The position numbers and the translations under genes were made by a program. DNA of 64,000 nucleotides from Candidatus Krumholzibacteriia bacterium (GTDB taxonomy: Bacteria > Krumholzibacteriota > Krumholzibacteriia > JAJRXK01): the NCBI GenBank assembly GCA_041484665.1, contig JBGPIA010000006.1, positions 96,001 through 160,000 on the forward strand, read 5' to 3'. Each line of letters opens with the position of its first letter. Positions within the stretch are counted from its first letter, which is position 1. This document shows positions 49,713 to 59,817 of the stretch, in pieces. Below the pieces are notes generated by a model. It saw only the letters and a list, made by a program, of their open reading frames with translations, was not told the DNA's origin and did no database searches.

Positions 49713-52700
49713 TCAATCCACCGGCTGCAGCGGGCGCGCCACGATCGGCGGCGCCGGGGCAAGGTCCCTCGGGTCCTTGGCGATCTCACCCATCAGCCGG
49801 TCGATGGCGTCGTCGAGCTGCGCGTCCTGGCCGTGCAGGAAGCCGTCGGGCCCAAGGTCCAGCTCGACGTCGGGATCGACGCCGTGGCCCTCGATGATCC
49901 AGGCCTTGCCTTGCGGGTCCCAGCCGCCGAACTCGGGTTCGGTGATCATGCCCCCATCGCGCAGCGGCTTGTCGCCACGGATCCCGATCCAGCCGCCCCA
50001 GGTGCGCGTACCGATCACCGGCCCCAGACCGAACTGTTTAAAGCCGAGCGCCAGCGTCTCGCAGTCGCTGCCGCCCTGGCGGTTGATCAGGCAAGCCAGA
50101 TAACCATGGAACGCGTGCGAGGGTGTCGTGTCGATGTTGCCGTAGCGCGTACCCCCGACCGCCAGGATCTTGCGATCGAGGTGTGCCAGGATCATCGGCG
50201 CCACGGAGCCTCCGTGGTTCCAGCGATCGTCCACGATCAAGGCGCGCTTGCGCCACTGCGGCGGGTAGTCGCGCGCGAACTGCCGCAGACCCAGGCCGCC
50301 CATGTCGTAGAGGTGCAGGTAGCCGATCTGTCCGTGGCTCTTGCGGTCCACGTAGTCGCGCGTTTCGCGGATCCAGGTGGCGTAGCGGACCGGCGTGTCG
50401 TTGGCCAACGCCTCGACGACGACGCGTCGCGCGCCCTCCAGCTTCGGCGCGTCGTTGATCGACAGCTCGACCGCCTGCTTGGCGCGGTTGGCGAGCCGCT
50501 TCAGGTAGTCCTCGCCCTTCACGAGCGCCTTGCCGTCGATGGCCACCAGCCACTGTCCCGGCTTCACGTGCAGGTCGGGCCGGGCCAGCGGTGAGCTCCA
50601 CCGAGGGTCGGGATAGTCGCCACGATAGATCTTGCGGATCTTCCAGAAGCCACTGGCGGCGTCGAAGTCGAGGTCGGCGGCGAGCAGGCCCGTGCCCACC
50701 TGCTTGCCGTGGCGCAGATCACCGCCCCAGTGGTAGGCGTGACCGACATTCAGCTCGCCGAACATCTCGCCCAGCATGTCCTCGAGGTCATCGCGCGAGG
50801 AGATGCGCGTCGTGAGCGGGCCGTACTGCTTCCACACGCCGTCCCAGTCCACGCCGTGCATCTTGGCGTCGTAAAAGAAATCACGCTGCAAGCGCCACGC
50901 CTCATGGAACATCTGTGCCCACTCCGCGCGCGGGTCGATGCGCAGCGACCAGCCGGAGAGATCGATCTTGGCCTCCTTCGCAGCGTCGTCCTTCGGCGCC
51001 TCGGTGGCACCGGCCTCGAGGCGTGTGAATCCGTCCTTGGTCTGGTAGACGAGTACTTTGCCGTTGCCCGAAACCTGGTAGGCGAGCACGCCGGAGGTGA
51101 CGGTGCTCACCTTCTCCTTCTCGAAGTCGTAGGTCTGCAGCTCGGCACCGGGGCTCTCGTTCGTGTCGGCGTCGTGCGGCATCAGGCCGCGGGAGCTGGC
51201 GTTCAGCCAGTGCAGCTTGCCGTCGATGGCGCGCAGGTCGTCGTAGTTGCCGGGATCCACCGGCACCTCCACGAGGCGATCCGCCAGCCCTTCGAAATCG
51301 ATTCGGATCGGCCCGACGGGCGTATCGTCCTGGTCGCCCTTCTTGTCGGCAGTCGCCTTGTCCTGCTCCTTCTTCTCTCCCTTCTTGGCGTCGTGCTTCT
51401 TGTCGTCGCTGGCGCCGACGGGGTCGGTGTCGCCGCGCGCGCCGAATGGCAGGGTGCCGTCGTCCTGGAGCGCCACGACGCACGGAAGCGTGGCGTTGTC
51501 CAGAATAAAGCGTGCTTCGAAGCGGTCGGGATACGGGTTGATGAAACGATCCGACAGGTAGTACAGGTACTTGCCTTTCAGATCCCATGCCGGGGAGAAC
51601 GTGTTGACCATCGGGTCGCTGGCCGCGTACGAAGCCTTGGCCTGCGCATCCCAGATGCGCACCTGCGTGAACAGATTCTCGAGGACTGCGACGTAGGCGA
51701 GGTAGCGGCTGTCCGGCGACCAGGCGTAATGTGAGATCTCCCACTTGCCTTCGTCGACGGGGGTGGCGTTGCCGCTCGCCACGTCGGTCACGTAGAGCCT
51801 GTACTTCTCGTCTCCCCAGGCCAGCCGCTTGCCGTCAAGCGACCAGGCCGGCGCGAAGTGCCAGCCACTGGGCTGCTTGCCCAGCTGCCTGGGCGCCGCG
51901 CCGTTGTCGGCGGCGTGCAGGAAGAGCTGCTCCTCGCCGTCCTGCTCAGTCCAGGTGGCGATCGTTTTGCCGTCCGGCGCGAAAGCGGGGAACTGCGTGC
52001 GGGCGCTGCTGCTCTCGGTGATGCGGCGGATCAGCCCCTTCTTGTGCGTGCGCGCCACGAACACGTCGCCGCGGGTCTCGATCGCGATGCGCTCGCCGTC
52101 CTTGGAGAGCGACCAACCTCCCAGGTTCGCCGTGGGATCCACGAAGCGCTCACGCAGCTGCAGGCGGTCGCTGGGAAGCTGGATCGGCAGCTGTTCGTTG
52201 CGGCCGGTGGCCAGATCGTACACCCAGATGTCCATCTTGTGCTGATAGACGATCTTGCCGCCGCCCATAGCGGGCCAGCGCACGTCGTAGTCGGCGAAAT
52301 GGGTCAGGCGCTGTACGTCGCTCCCGTCCGGCTTCATCGATGCGAGGTTTGGCCGTCCCCAGCGATCGGTGACGAAGTAGATGCGCCCGTCCTGCGCCCA
52401 CATCGGGAACGCGTCCTTGCCTTCCCAGTGCGTCACCTCGTCGAAAGCGAGGGGGTCGAGCTTGCCGACCCAGATGTCCTCGGCGCGGCCGCCCTTGTAA
52501 CGCTTCCAGTTGTGGAACTCCAGTCCGAACTTCTGCAGCGCCAGACGCTGCCCACCCGGCTCGAAGCTGATCCATGCCGCAGGCTCCAGCGGGATCATCT
52601 GCGGGATGCCCCCCTGCGGAAACAGCGTGTACGTGCGGAAGTCCCCATGCGGGTGGTCGCGGCGGCTGCGGAACAGGATCTTGCCATCCGCTGTCCAGCC

Positions 52701-53060
52701 GATGGTCTGATCGGAAGCCGGATGGAAGGTGAGCCTGACCGGCTCACCGCCCGCGGACGGCATCAGGTAGACATCGTCGTTGCCCTCGTACTGCGCGGTG
52801 AACGCGATCCAGCGCCCGTCCGGCGAAACGCACGGGAAGCGCTCGTCGCCCTCGTACGCCGTGAGGCGCACGGCGACGCCTCCGGCCAGCGGGACCTTCC
52901 ATAGGTCGCCCTCCGAGGCGAAGACGATCATGCCCCCACCGATTCCGGGGTAGCGGTAGAAGCCGTCCGGCAGAGCCGGAGGCTCTGCGGCATCGGCTTG
53001 CGGGATCGCAAGGGAGAGTGCCACGAGCGAGGCGAGGGCGATCAGGCTGGCGACCTTCAT
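49713..53060 (-). CDS. Tricorn protease homologue (S41 family)
   Basis: Signal peptide; PD40 propeller repeats, PDZ-like region, DDRWNHGG, GGSDCE, GTRTWGG, EGHGVDPD. Confidence 0.93.
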   Translation of the reverse strand: MKVASLIALASLVALSLAIPQADAAEPPALPDGFYRYPGIGGGMIVFASEGDLWKVPLAGGVAVRLTAYEGDERFPCVSPDGRWIAFTAQYEGNDDVYLMPSAGGEPVRLTFHPASDQTIGWTADGKILFRSRRDHPHGDFRTYTLFPQGGIPQMIPLEPAAWISFEPGGQRLALQKFGLEFHNWKRYKGGRAEDIWVGKLDPLAFDEVTHWEGKDAFPMWAQDGRIYFVTDRWGRPNLASMKPDGSDVQRLTHFADYDVRWPAMGGGKIVYQHKMDIWVYDLATGRNEQLPIQLPSDRLQLRERFVDPTANLGGWSLSKDGERIAIETRGDVFVARTHKKGLIRRITESSSARTQFPAFAPDGKTIATWTEQDGEEQLFLHAADNGAAPRQLGKQPSGWHFAPAWSLDGKRLAWGDEKYRLYVTDVASGNATPVDEGKWEISHYAWSPDSRYLAYVAVLENLFTQVRIWDAQAKASYAASDPMVNTFSPAWDLKGKYLYYLSDRFINPYPDRFEARFILDNATLPCVVALQDDGTLPFGARGDTDPVGASDDKKHDAKKGEKKEQDKATADKKGDQDDTPVGPIRIDFEGLADRLVEVPVDPGNYDDLRAIDGKLHWLNASSRGLMPHDADTNESPGAELQTYDFEKEKVSTVTSGVLAYQVSGNGKVLVYQTKDGFTRLEAGATEAPKDDAAKEAKIDLSGWSLRIDPRAEWAQMFHEAWRLQRDFFYDAKMHGVDWDGVWKQYGPLTTRISSRDDLEDMLGEMFGELNVGHAYHWGGDLRHGKQVGTGLLAADLDFDAASGFWKIRKIYRGDYPDPRWSSPLARPDLHVKPGQWLVAIDGKALVKGEDYLKRLANRAKQAVELSINDAPKLEGARRVVVEALANDTPVRYATWIRETRDYVDRKSHGQIGYLHLYDMGGLGLRQFARDYPPQWRKRALIVDDRWNHGGSVAPMILAHLDRKILAVGGTRYGNIDTTPSHAFHGYLACLINRQGGSDCETLALGFKQFGLGPVIGTRTWGGWIGIRGDKPLRDGGMITEPEFGGWDPQGKAWIIEGHGVDPDVELDLGPDGFLHGQDAQLDDAIDRLMGEIAKDPRDLAPAPPIVARPLQPVD

Positions 53061-53263
53061 GGGTGTTCCTCCGGAGGTGGTTCCAGTTGAGCAAGATGTT
53101 CATACGCCATCGGCTGGTTGCGAGCAACCGGTTACCCCCATTGCGCGCACGGGAATCCGATCCAGATGTTGGCTACGTCGCCAGATCCGCCGCTCGGCAG
53201 TAGGGCGAGAGGTCGAGCGCTGCGGCCTGCTGCAACGGCTGTTGGCCCCGCGCTGGGTCGCTG

Positions 53264-53361
53264 GGTGAGATGGAAAGCGGGAGGCGGGGGACGGCAGGCG
53301 GAAGGCGCGAGGTGGCGGGTGAAACGCGTGAGGCGGCAGGCGGACGGCGCCAGGCGGCGGC
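53264..53361. repeat. Degenerate heptamer tandem repeat (CGGNAGG-like, about 14 units)
   Basis: tggaaag cgggagg cggggga cggcagg cggaagg cgcgagg tggcggg tgaaacg cgtgagg cggcagg cggacgg cgccagg. Confidence 0.65.
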
Positions 53362-53520
53362 GGCGGACAAGAGGCAAGACCGGTCAGCACCGGCGCTTAT
53401 TGCGTCCTCGGTTCGCCCCCCTCTGGATTTCGGCGGGATCGAGCAGCACGGCCCCCGCTTTGGACCACCGAGTCCAACCCGGCGGAACAGCCGCACCCTG
53501 CCCCAGCGTTCCGGTGTCCG

Positions 53521-54291
53521 CTACTCGCCTGGACCAAATAGCGACTTCACACGCCCCCAGCTGGACTGCTGACTGGGCAGCGGAGACGCCGCGGAGACCT
53601 CCACCACAAGATCCTGGAAGTCATCGTCGGTTGCTCCCCAGGCGGGTACATCCGAGATGGCGCTGCCGTAGTCCAGGTCCTCCCACGCGAGCACGAACGT
53701 CGGAATGCCGTCGCGCAGACGCGTGATGTTGTAGACGAGACACTGCGGATCTCCATCGATCGGTCCGTGCAAGGCCGCGGACCCGTCTGGCCCGATGTCA
53801 TTGTAGTGGCGGTTCGTGAAGAACATCTCCGACCCGGTTGCGTCCCGTGAATGTGCCTGGCCGTCCGGGTTGAGGTAGAACCCAAAGCGGGTCACTCCCG
53901 ATGGAAACGTCACGTAGGCTGTTGCGCCCTTGATCAGCCGGCTACTGAAGATTGCCCCGTCATCGACTCCGTCGATGACGGGCCTCGCGAAGGTCTCCTG
54001 GTACCAACCGAACACGTTGGCCTCGCGGTAGCTGGCAAGCTCGCGGATCACCAAGCCATGCACGCCCGCGTCCTGCCAGTAGAACGGATCCGCATCGCCC
54101 GGCTTGAATCCTATGTAGTCGGTCCCGGCGTTGATCGTACCAACGCCGTACTCCGCGTCCAGCACATCCTGCAAGGAGACTCCGTCCCATGAAGTGCCCC
54201 ACACGACAACGAATGAGGCATGGGCGAGCGGTGGCACCAGAGCGACGAGCACCGCGGCGATCGGTGCAACAACTGTAGCCATGCGATTCAT
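53521..54291 (-). CDS. Secreted protein (DUF4114-like D-D-F-x-D-L-V-V domain) with a SWGxxK tail
   Basis: Signal peptide; NVFGWY, FGFYL, LAWEDL, DDDFQDLVVEV; ends SSWGRVKSLFGPGE. Confidence 0.75.
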   Translation of the reverse strand: MNRMATVVAPIAAVLVALVPPLAHASFVVVWGTSWDGVSLQDVLDAEYGVGTINAGTDYIGFKPGDADPFYWQDAGVHGLVIRELASYREANVFGWYQETFARPVIDGVDDGAIFSSRLIKGATAYVTFPSGVTRFGFYLNPDGQAHSRDATGSEMFFTNRHYNDIGPDGSAALHGPIDGDPQCLVYNITRLRDGIPTFVLAWEDLDYGSAISDVPAWGATDDDFQDLVVEVSAASPLPSQQSSWGRVKSLFGPGE

Positions 54292-54798
54292 TCTTCCCTC
54301 CAAAGGAACGTGGCAGGATGCAAAGCCCCAGGCTGCGCAGACGATCCACATCCCCGCACCATGCGTGCAGGGTCGACGATTTCCAATTGTATCATGGGAG
54401 GGTGACGCGCAACCGCGGTGGTGTCGCGCACGCGGAGGATGGGCGTCCAACTCCGCGCTGCTCACCCCGCGCGGCTGCCCTACTTCACGCAACGACGCGC
54501 CGTCACGGGATTCTTCTCGGTCGAATCCGAAACAACCGAGGACAATCGGCCATCCCCCGCCGCAAACAGCCCTCCCCCGACGCGCGGCGGAACCGCGACG
54601 CCCTTCCGCTCGACCGCCGCGCCTGGAGGCGAGCGCACCACCGTGGGCGGTCGCGTTGGAGTGGCTACGGTGGAATGGATCCTGGAGATCTACCGGAGGT
54701 GAATGGCCCGCGGCCTGGGATCGGTCGCGGGCCCTCGACCACCGCTCGACCTCCGACCCCTGCGAGCGGTGCGAAGGGAAGGCGAGCCATGGCGTGGC

Positions 54799-56703
54799 TC
54801 AGATGCCGTAACGCTCCAGCAACTGCGTCTCCACGTAACGCCGCTGCGCATCCGTAGTCGCGATGCCATAGATCTGCAGGTCAGCCATCTGCAGCGAGAT
54901 GTTGTCGATTGGCCATCCGTTCTTGGCACCGATGCCGATGCTCGCTCCCGTGAACACCTCGAGCGGCGCGGTGATCGACGCATCGTGAGCGCGTTGGAGT
55001 CCATTGATGTAGATCGTCAGCCCATCGGTCTGCGAGAAGCGAAACGTGAACACCTGGTACTGGTCGTAAACGGGCCGCACCGTCATTGCCGTGAGCGTAG
55101 CGCTGCCACCGTGGGACACCGACACCGTGTTGTCGTTCGGAAAGCCGATGCGCAGCACCTGGTTCTGGACGTCTCCATCGCCCCACAGCCAGTACATCTC
55201 GAGGTTGTTGCCCGGCTGGTCCAGGCGCTTGACCACCGCGAAGATGGTGTAGTCGGTGTCGCGCATCGGCGTTCCGGAGATGCGCATCGAGCCTGTCGAG
55301 TAGGTTGCATCGTACTGAAACGACACGATCGGTTGGCCGTTGAGCTGACCGGTCAGATAGAGACCCGCAACCTGCGGACCACCGAATGCTGGTGCGGCGT
55401 CGCGATCGGCATGCCCTAGCAAGTCAGCCCATCGAGTGGCGCCGCGCGCACCGGAGTAGCTGACCGTACTCACGCCGTGATCGGCGCGGTACCAGGCGAT
55501 CCCCCGCTTCAGCGACTGACCGATCGGTGTGCAGTCCACCACATCGTAACTCGTGGCGACCTTCACCTTCAGCTGCTTCTCGGGATGGGCCGCGGCATTC
55601 ACGGTGTAGCTGAGCGGCTGGCCCGTGGTGATCGTTCCGCCCAACCGGATGAACAGCTCGAGGTCCGCGAAATTACCCATCAACGCCGAGCCGGCGAGGT
55701 CCGCCCGACCGCCGATGGCGTAGCCACCGACTTCTACCGAGCTCAGCTCGCTGATGTACTTCACGTCTGCACCGATACCACCGCTGGCGATCGCTCCGCT
55801 GAAGCTCGCGTCGATGGACGCCTCGATCTCCTGTACCGAGTCTGTCGACTGGATCAGCAGGTAGAAGATCCGCCCGTAGGTGACGCTCGACACGTAGGCC
55901 GCCGGATTGCCCGGGCCCACGTACTGGCTCAACTGCACCGCGGTCACGCTCGGCGCGAAAAAGCTCGCCGGATCGGTCGGCTGCTCGAACGCGATGGTGT
56001 AGTAGCTCTGCGTCAGCTTGACCAGGAAACGGTTGTACGCGACGTCGCTGGCATAGCGGAAGCTGCCCTGGATGTCCGTCGTCAGGTTGTTGTAGTTGGC
56101 GCGGATCGCGACACCGAGCTGCTCGCGCGAGCTGATGCGCTGCATGGTATAGGTCGTGCGCGCTGGCAGATCGCCCGGGTTGGCGGCGATGATCTGGTTC
56201 ATCGCGTCGTAGACGCTGCCCAGGCTCACCACGTCGAGCTGGCGGCTGGCCGAGCTGGCGCCGTTGACCAGGGTGATCACGATCCGGCCATTGCCACGGG
56301 CGACCGGGATGGAGGTCGGAGTCGCGTGGTCGAGGGTGGAGCCCTGCAAGAGGTTTCCGGGGAAGATGATCTGGCTGTTGGGGTCGAATTGCGGGTAGTC
56401 GGAGTAGCCCTCGATCAGATCGACGGTGTGGCGCGTGCAGAAATACTGGTCCACGCCGCTGCCGCTGGTGAACTCCTCGGGCGGGGACTCGGTGTGGCTG
56501 GGCACCACGTCCTGAAACTCCCCGCCCGAATTGAGAACGGCGGTGAGCTCGCCAGGGGGGCCGCCGGTGCCGCCACCGCCCGGAGCAGTGGGGTCGTCAC
56601 CGCTGCAGGCGGCGAGGAAAAGGAGGGACAGCATCGCGACGCCGATCATCCCCCAATGGGTCGATCGCGCTGCCGTCTGCGAGAGGGAACGGGTGGTGTG
56701 CAT
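54799..56703 (-). CDS. Thiol-activated/cholesterol-dependent cytolysin-like (CDCL) lipoprotein with a C-terminal LamG/ConA-like domain
   Basis: Lipobox LAAC; IFPGNLLQG, QSYYTI, SFF...YVSSVTYGRIFYL, GQPLSYT; C-terminal AWYRAD..IYING..IYG. Confidence 0.85.
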   Translation of the reverse strand: MHTTRSLSQTAARSTHWGMIGVAMLSLLFLAACSGDDPTAPGGGGTGGPPGELTAVLNSGGEFQDVVPSHTESPPEEFTSGSGVDQYFCTRHTVDLIEGYSDYPQFDPNSQIIFPGNLLQGSTLDHATPTSIPVARGNGRIVITLVNGASSASRQLDVVSLGSVYDAMNQIIAANPGDLPARTTYTMQRISSREQLGVAIRANYNNLTTDIQGSFRYASDVAYNRFLVKLTQSYYTIAFEQPTDPASFFAPSVTAVQLSQYVGPGNPAAYVSSVTYGRIFYLLIQSTDSVQEIEASIDASFSGAIASGGIGADVKYISELSSVEVGGYAIGGRADLAGSALMGNFADLELFIRLGGTITTGQPLSYTVNAAAHPEKQLKVKVATSYDVVDCTPIGQSLKRGIAWYRADHGVSTVSYSGARGATRWADLLGHADRDAAPAFGGPQVAGLYLTGQLNGQPIVSFQYDATYSTGSMRISGTPMRDTDYTIFAVVKRLDQPGNNLEMYWLWGDGDVQNQVLRIGFPNDNTVSVSHGGSATLTAMTVRPVYDQYQVFTFRFSQTDGLTIYINGLQRAHDASITAPLEVFTGASIGIGAKNGWPIDNISLQMADLQIYGIATTDAQRRYVETQLLERYGI

Positions 56704-57059
56704 GGTTCGGTCTCCAGGTCGGAGGTTCAAGAGGCTTCGAATGGAGATGCGGATTCGCCGACCGGAACGCGCAACGACGGTCTCGCCGGCCCAGGGTCCG
56801 GGCCGCGCCGGTCACGGAAACTGTTCTGTCCCAACGTATTGCTGGAGGGTCAGTTCTCACGGCGATCGGCGCCGCGGCGCCTGGCCCGCGGGGCTCCACG
56901 GCGGCCTGCGGGATGACCAGAGGCGCAGCATCGCCGTTGGAGGGAGCGGGGTCGGCTGGACTACCGTGGACCCGAGTGTCGAGCGGTTGTTTCGTGCGAT
57001 GTGCTCTGCCGTGACCTCGACCTTGAGCCCTGGCGCTCCAACCAGTGGTGGCCTCCATC

Positions 57060-57380
57060 ATGGAAGGGAAGGTTTGGAGCCTGTCTCTTCGGTCGCACCT
57101 CGCCTGAGAACAGCACTGGGCGTGGTGCGGCCGAACCCATTCAACGCCATCGCCCAGATCGACTTCTCCCTCGCGCATCGAGGGCGCATCGATCTGGCCA
57201 TCCACAACGTTCGCGGGTAGTGGGTGCGATCCATCCTTGGAGAGGCGCTGGACCCAGATCAGCATCTCGCCGTGTGGGACGGTCGCTCGAGCTTGGGGTG
57301 TCAGGTAGCGAGCGGAGTGTACGTTCTCCAACTCCGCACGGATGGGCAGATCCAAACTTCGCGGCTGACACTCGTCAAGC
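57060..57380 (+). pseudogene. Orphan FlgD-Ig C-terminal domain remnant with an in-frame TAG
   Basis: RPNPFNAIAQIDFSL..IHNVRG*WVRSIL..WDGRSSLGCQVASGVYVLQL; stop at 57218-57220. Confidence 0.8.
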
Positions 57381-57404
57381 GAGAGACCTACCACTGCAGT
57401 GGGC

Positions 57405-57614
57405 ATGCGACGCAAAGTCCGACGGCATCTGCGTGGCGCTCTGGCGCTCGGCGTCGCGTTGGGCCTGGCGGCGTTGATCGACACCGGCGCATCGTCGGGC
57501 GCCGTTTGGATCGTAGCCAAGGACGGCAGCGGTCGAATCTAGACCATCCGACCCGCTGTCGACGCTGCTGCTGAGGGAGACGCGATCGCCATCAAGCCAG
57601 GGAAGTACACCTGA
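57405..57614 (+). pseudogene. Remnant of a secreted pectin-lyase-fold (beta-helix) protein N-terminus
   Basis: MRRKVRR..signal..AVWIVAKDGSGRI*TIRPAVDAAAEGDAIAIKPGKYT*; TAG at 57540-57542. Not in the ORF track. Confidence 0.7.
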
Positions 57615-58707
57615 AGCGACGGTCTTTCCGCTGGACGACTTCCAGCCCGGCCGGACGCCGGGGGGCCGGGGGGGCGCCGATCAGATGCCGGTTGTCGGGA
57701 CCGAGTCCACGACCGTCAGAACTGGCACGGGTTGACGAGAGGAGTCATCGAGCGGCGGTCCTGGGTCACGAGGAGGGTCCATTCTCGTTCTTCCTCTCCA
57801 ACGTGGACCGATTGCCAGGCGTATTTGGGGAAGACTCTGTGGCTGATACACGAGGAGCGAAGCGGCCCAGAGGGAGAGGCAAGCGATTACGTAGTTCGGA
57901 GGCGGGGTCTCGCCAACGTGCCTCCACTCGCCCACCTTCGCGGTCGATCCCCGCGCAATCATCCCCGGGATCAGCCACGCATATTGAAGCCGATCATCTT
58001 ACCCAAGCCTTTCCGCCCGTAGCGTGATCTGGGTCTCGTTCCGGCCGAACAGGCGGCTCACTCCAACCGGCTCTATGATCTGTTGACCGCACCTCACGAC
58101 CAAGGAGAGGCTCAACAGAGTTGTCCTCACGGTTGGCGCAGGCATATGGCTCTACCGCATTTCGATCTCAGAACATCGAGGAAAGCTGGGCCGCGCACCA
58201 CATCGACGCCTGGACCCGCGTAGAATCGTATAGGATGAGGAACCTTCCAGGTCTCCGGCTTCGAATTCAAGATTGCGAATATGCCTTCGACAAGTTTTGC
58301 CATCGCCTTATCGTCGCGCGAGTTGGAAGTTATGCAGTCAGACCAAACGACCGCGTTGGCCTCCAAGCTGCAGAATAAGCGCACGCGGTAGGTCGAGCAC
58401 GGAATCCTTCCCCCCTCCCGTCTGATGGCGTGATCACCACGCTCTCGGGAAGCGCCCCTGCAAAGCCCGAACAGTCTCGACGTGAAGATGGCGCCGCAAT
58501 ACAGCGATTGCGGCGCTCTTTCCCGCGCTCAGGCTCGCCGCGAGAGGATGGTAGGGAGAGGGGTCCCCGTGCCCCGCGCGCCCGGGGTTACGGCTAAGGC
58601 CGGCCGGCGGTGAGCCGATAACATCGGAAGCGGCGGGCGCCGCGTTGTGCCCCAGCCAGGGGCCGCGAGAGCCGGGAGACCCTGCCCGCCGGCGAGGAGA
58701 TCGCACC

Positions 58708-59565
58708 GTGGGTGTCCTGTTGGGCGTGGCGGCCGCAATCTGCTGGGGGCTGGGTGACTTCCTCATCACGCACCTCACGCGCCGTATCGGGACGACCCGC
58801 GCCCTGATCTCCATCCAGGTCGCCAGCCTCCTAGCCTGGATGCTGCTGCTGCTCATCCGCCCTTCGCCCCCGGGCGGCACACCGCTCGTCTGGGCGATCG
58901 TTGTCGGCACGGCCATCTGCCACGTGCTTGGTCTGCTCTTCGTCTACCGCGCGTTTGAGATTGGTACACTTTCCATCGTATCCCCCATCTCGGCCGGCTT
59001 CGCGGTGGTCACGGCCGTGCTTTCGCTCGCGATGGGAGAGCGCCCCCCGGCGGCGGCCCTGGGTGGTGCGGGGCTCCTGATCGTGGGCGTCTTGCTGGCA
59101 ACGCGATCTGCGGGGGGGCCTTCGCAGCAGCGACCGAGTTGGACGGGAGTTCCCGAGGCCGTGCTCAGCGCGCTGGCCTTCGGCACGATGTTCTGGCTCT
59201 TCTATTTCTTCGTCGAGCCGAAGGTCGGTTACGCCTGGCCCTTGATCCTGCTGAAGACGATGGCGGTCAGCGGTTCGCTTCTGGCGTACGCTTCGAGGCG
59301 CCGCCGGGAGGAGGGGCAGAGATTCGCCCTCGGGCCAGGAGTGGTCTTGCTCGCCGTTGGGGCGGCAGCCGCCGACACCCTTGCGTGGCTCGCCTACATC
59401 CGGGGAATGGGCTCCACCTATGCCACGATCGTGACGGCGGTTGCTTCGCTGTTCAGCGTCGTCACAGTGCTCCTGGCTTGGAAGTTCCTCCGCGAGCGCC
59501 TCGCGGTCCACCAGTGGGCGGGCGTCGCCGCAATCCTGCTGGGGATTCTCCTGGTCAGCTCCTAG
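58708..59565 (+). CDS. DMT/EamA family transporter
   Basis: About 10 TM segments in two repeats; YRAFEIGTLSIVSPI and FLRERL..QWAG. Confidence 0.9.
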   Translation: MGVLLGVAAAICWGLGDFLITHLTRRIGTTRALISIQVASLLAWMLLLLIRPSPPGGTPLVWAIVVGTAICHVLGLLFVYRAFEIGTLSIVSPISAGFAVVTAVLSLAMGERPPAAALGGAGLLIVGVLLATRSAGGPSQQRPSWTGVPEAVLSALAFGTMFWLFYFFVEPKVGYAWPLILLKTMAVSGSLLAYASRRRREEGQRFALGPGVVLLAVGAAAADTLAWLAYIRGMGSTYATIVTAVASLFSVVTVLLAWKFLRERLAVHQWAGVAAILLGILLVSS

Positions 59566-59817
59566 CCCCGCCGCAAACCGGCAGTGATTGCCGTGGCTCA
59601 CCCGAACGCAGGCGCCCCTGGATCTCGCGGCATTCGGACCCGCCCGCTGCCGTGCCCCGCGCAACCGGCGGCAGGCCGCTCCGGGGGACTCCCGCCGGGC
59701 CTCAAGTTCTCCCTCGAGTTTGCCGATATGTCCTCCGACACGGGGCCCGCGCGCGGCGCCCGCGGCGCCCGCATGCGCCTGCACACCTGCATCGCCAGCG
59801 GAGGAGGGCTCCCCCTC

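Noticed and set aside
57218..57542. Two in-frame TAG codons suggesting stop-codon reassignment or pyrrolysine
   Set aside because: Intact genes end in TAG at natural C-termini (3502, 34071, 45313, 49566), and the fragments are otherwise degraded.
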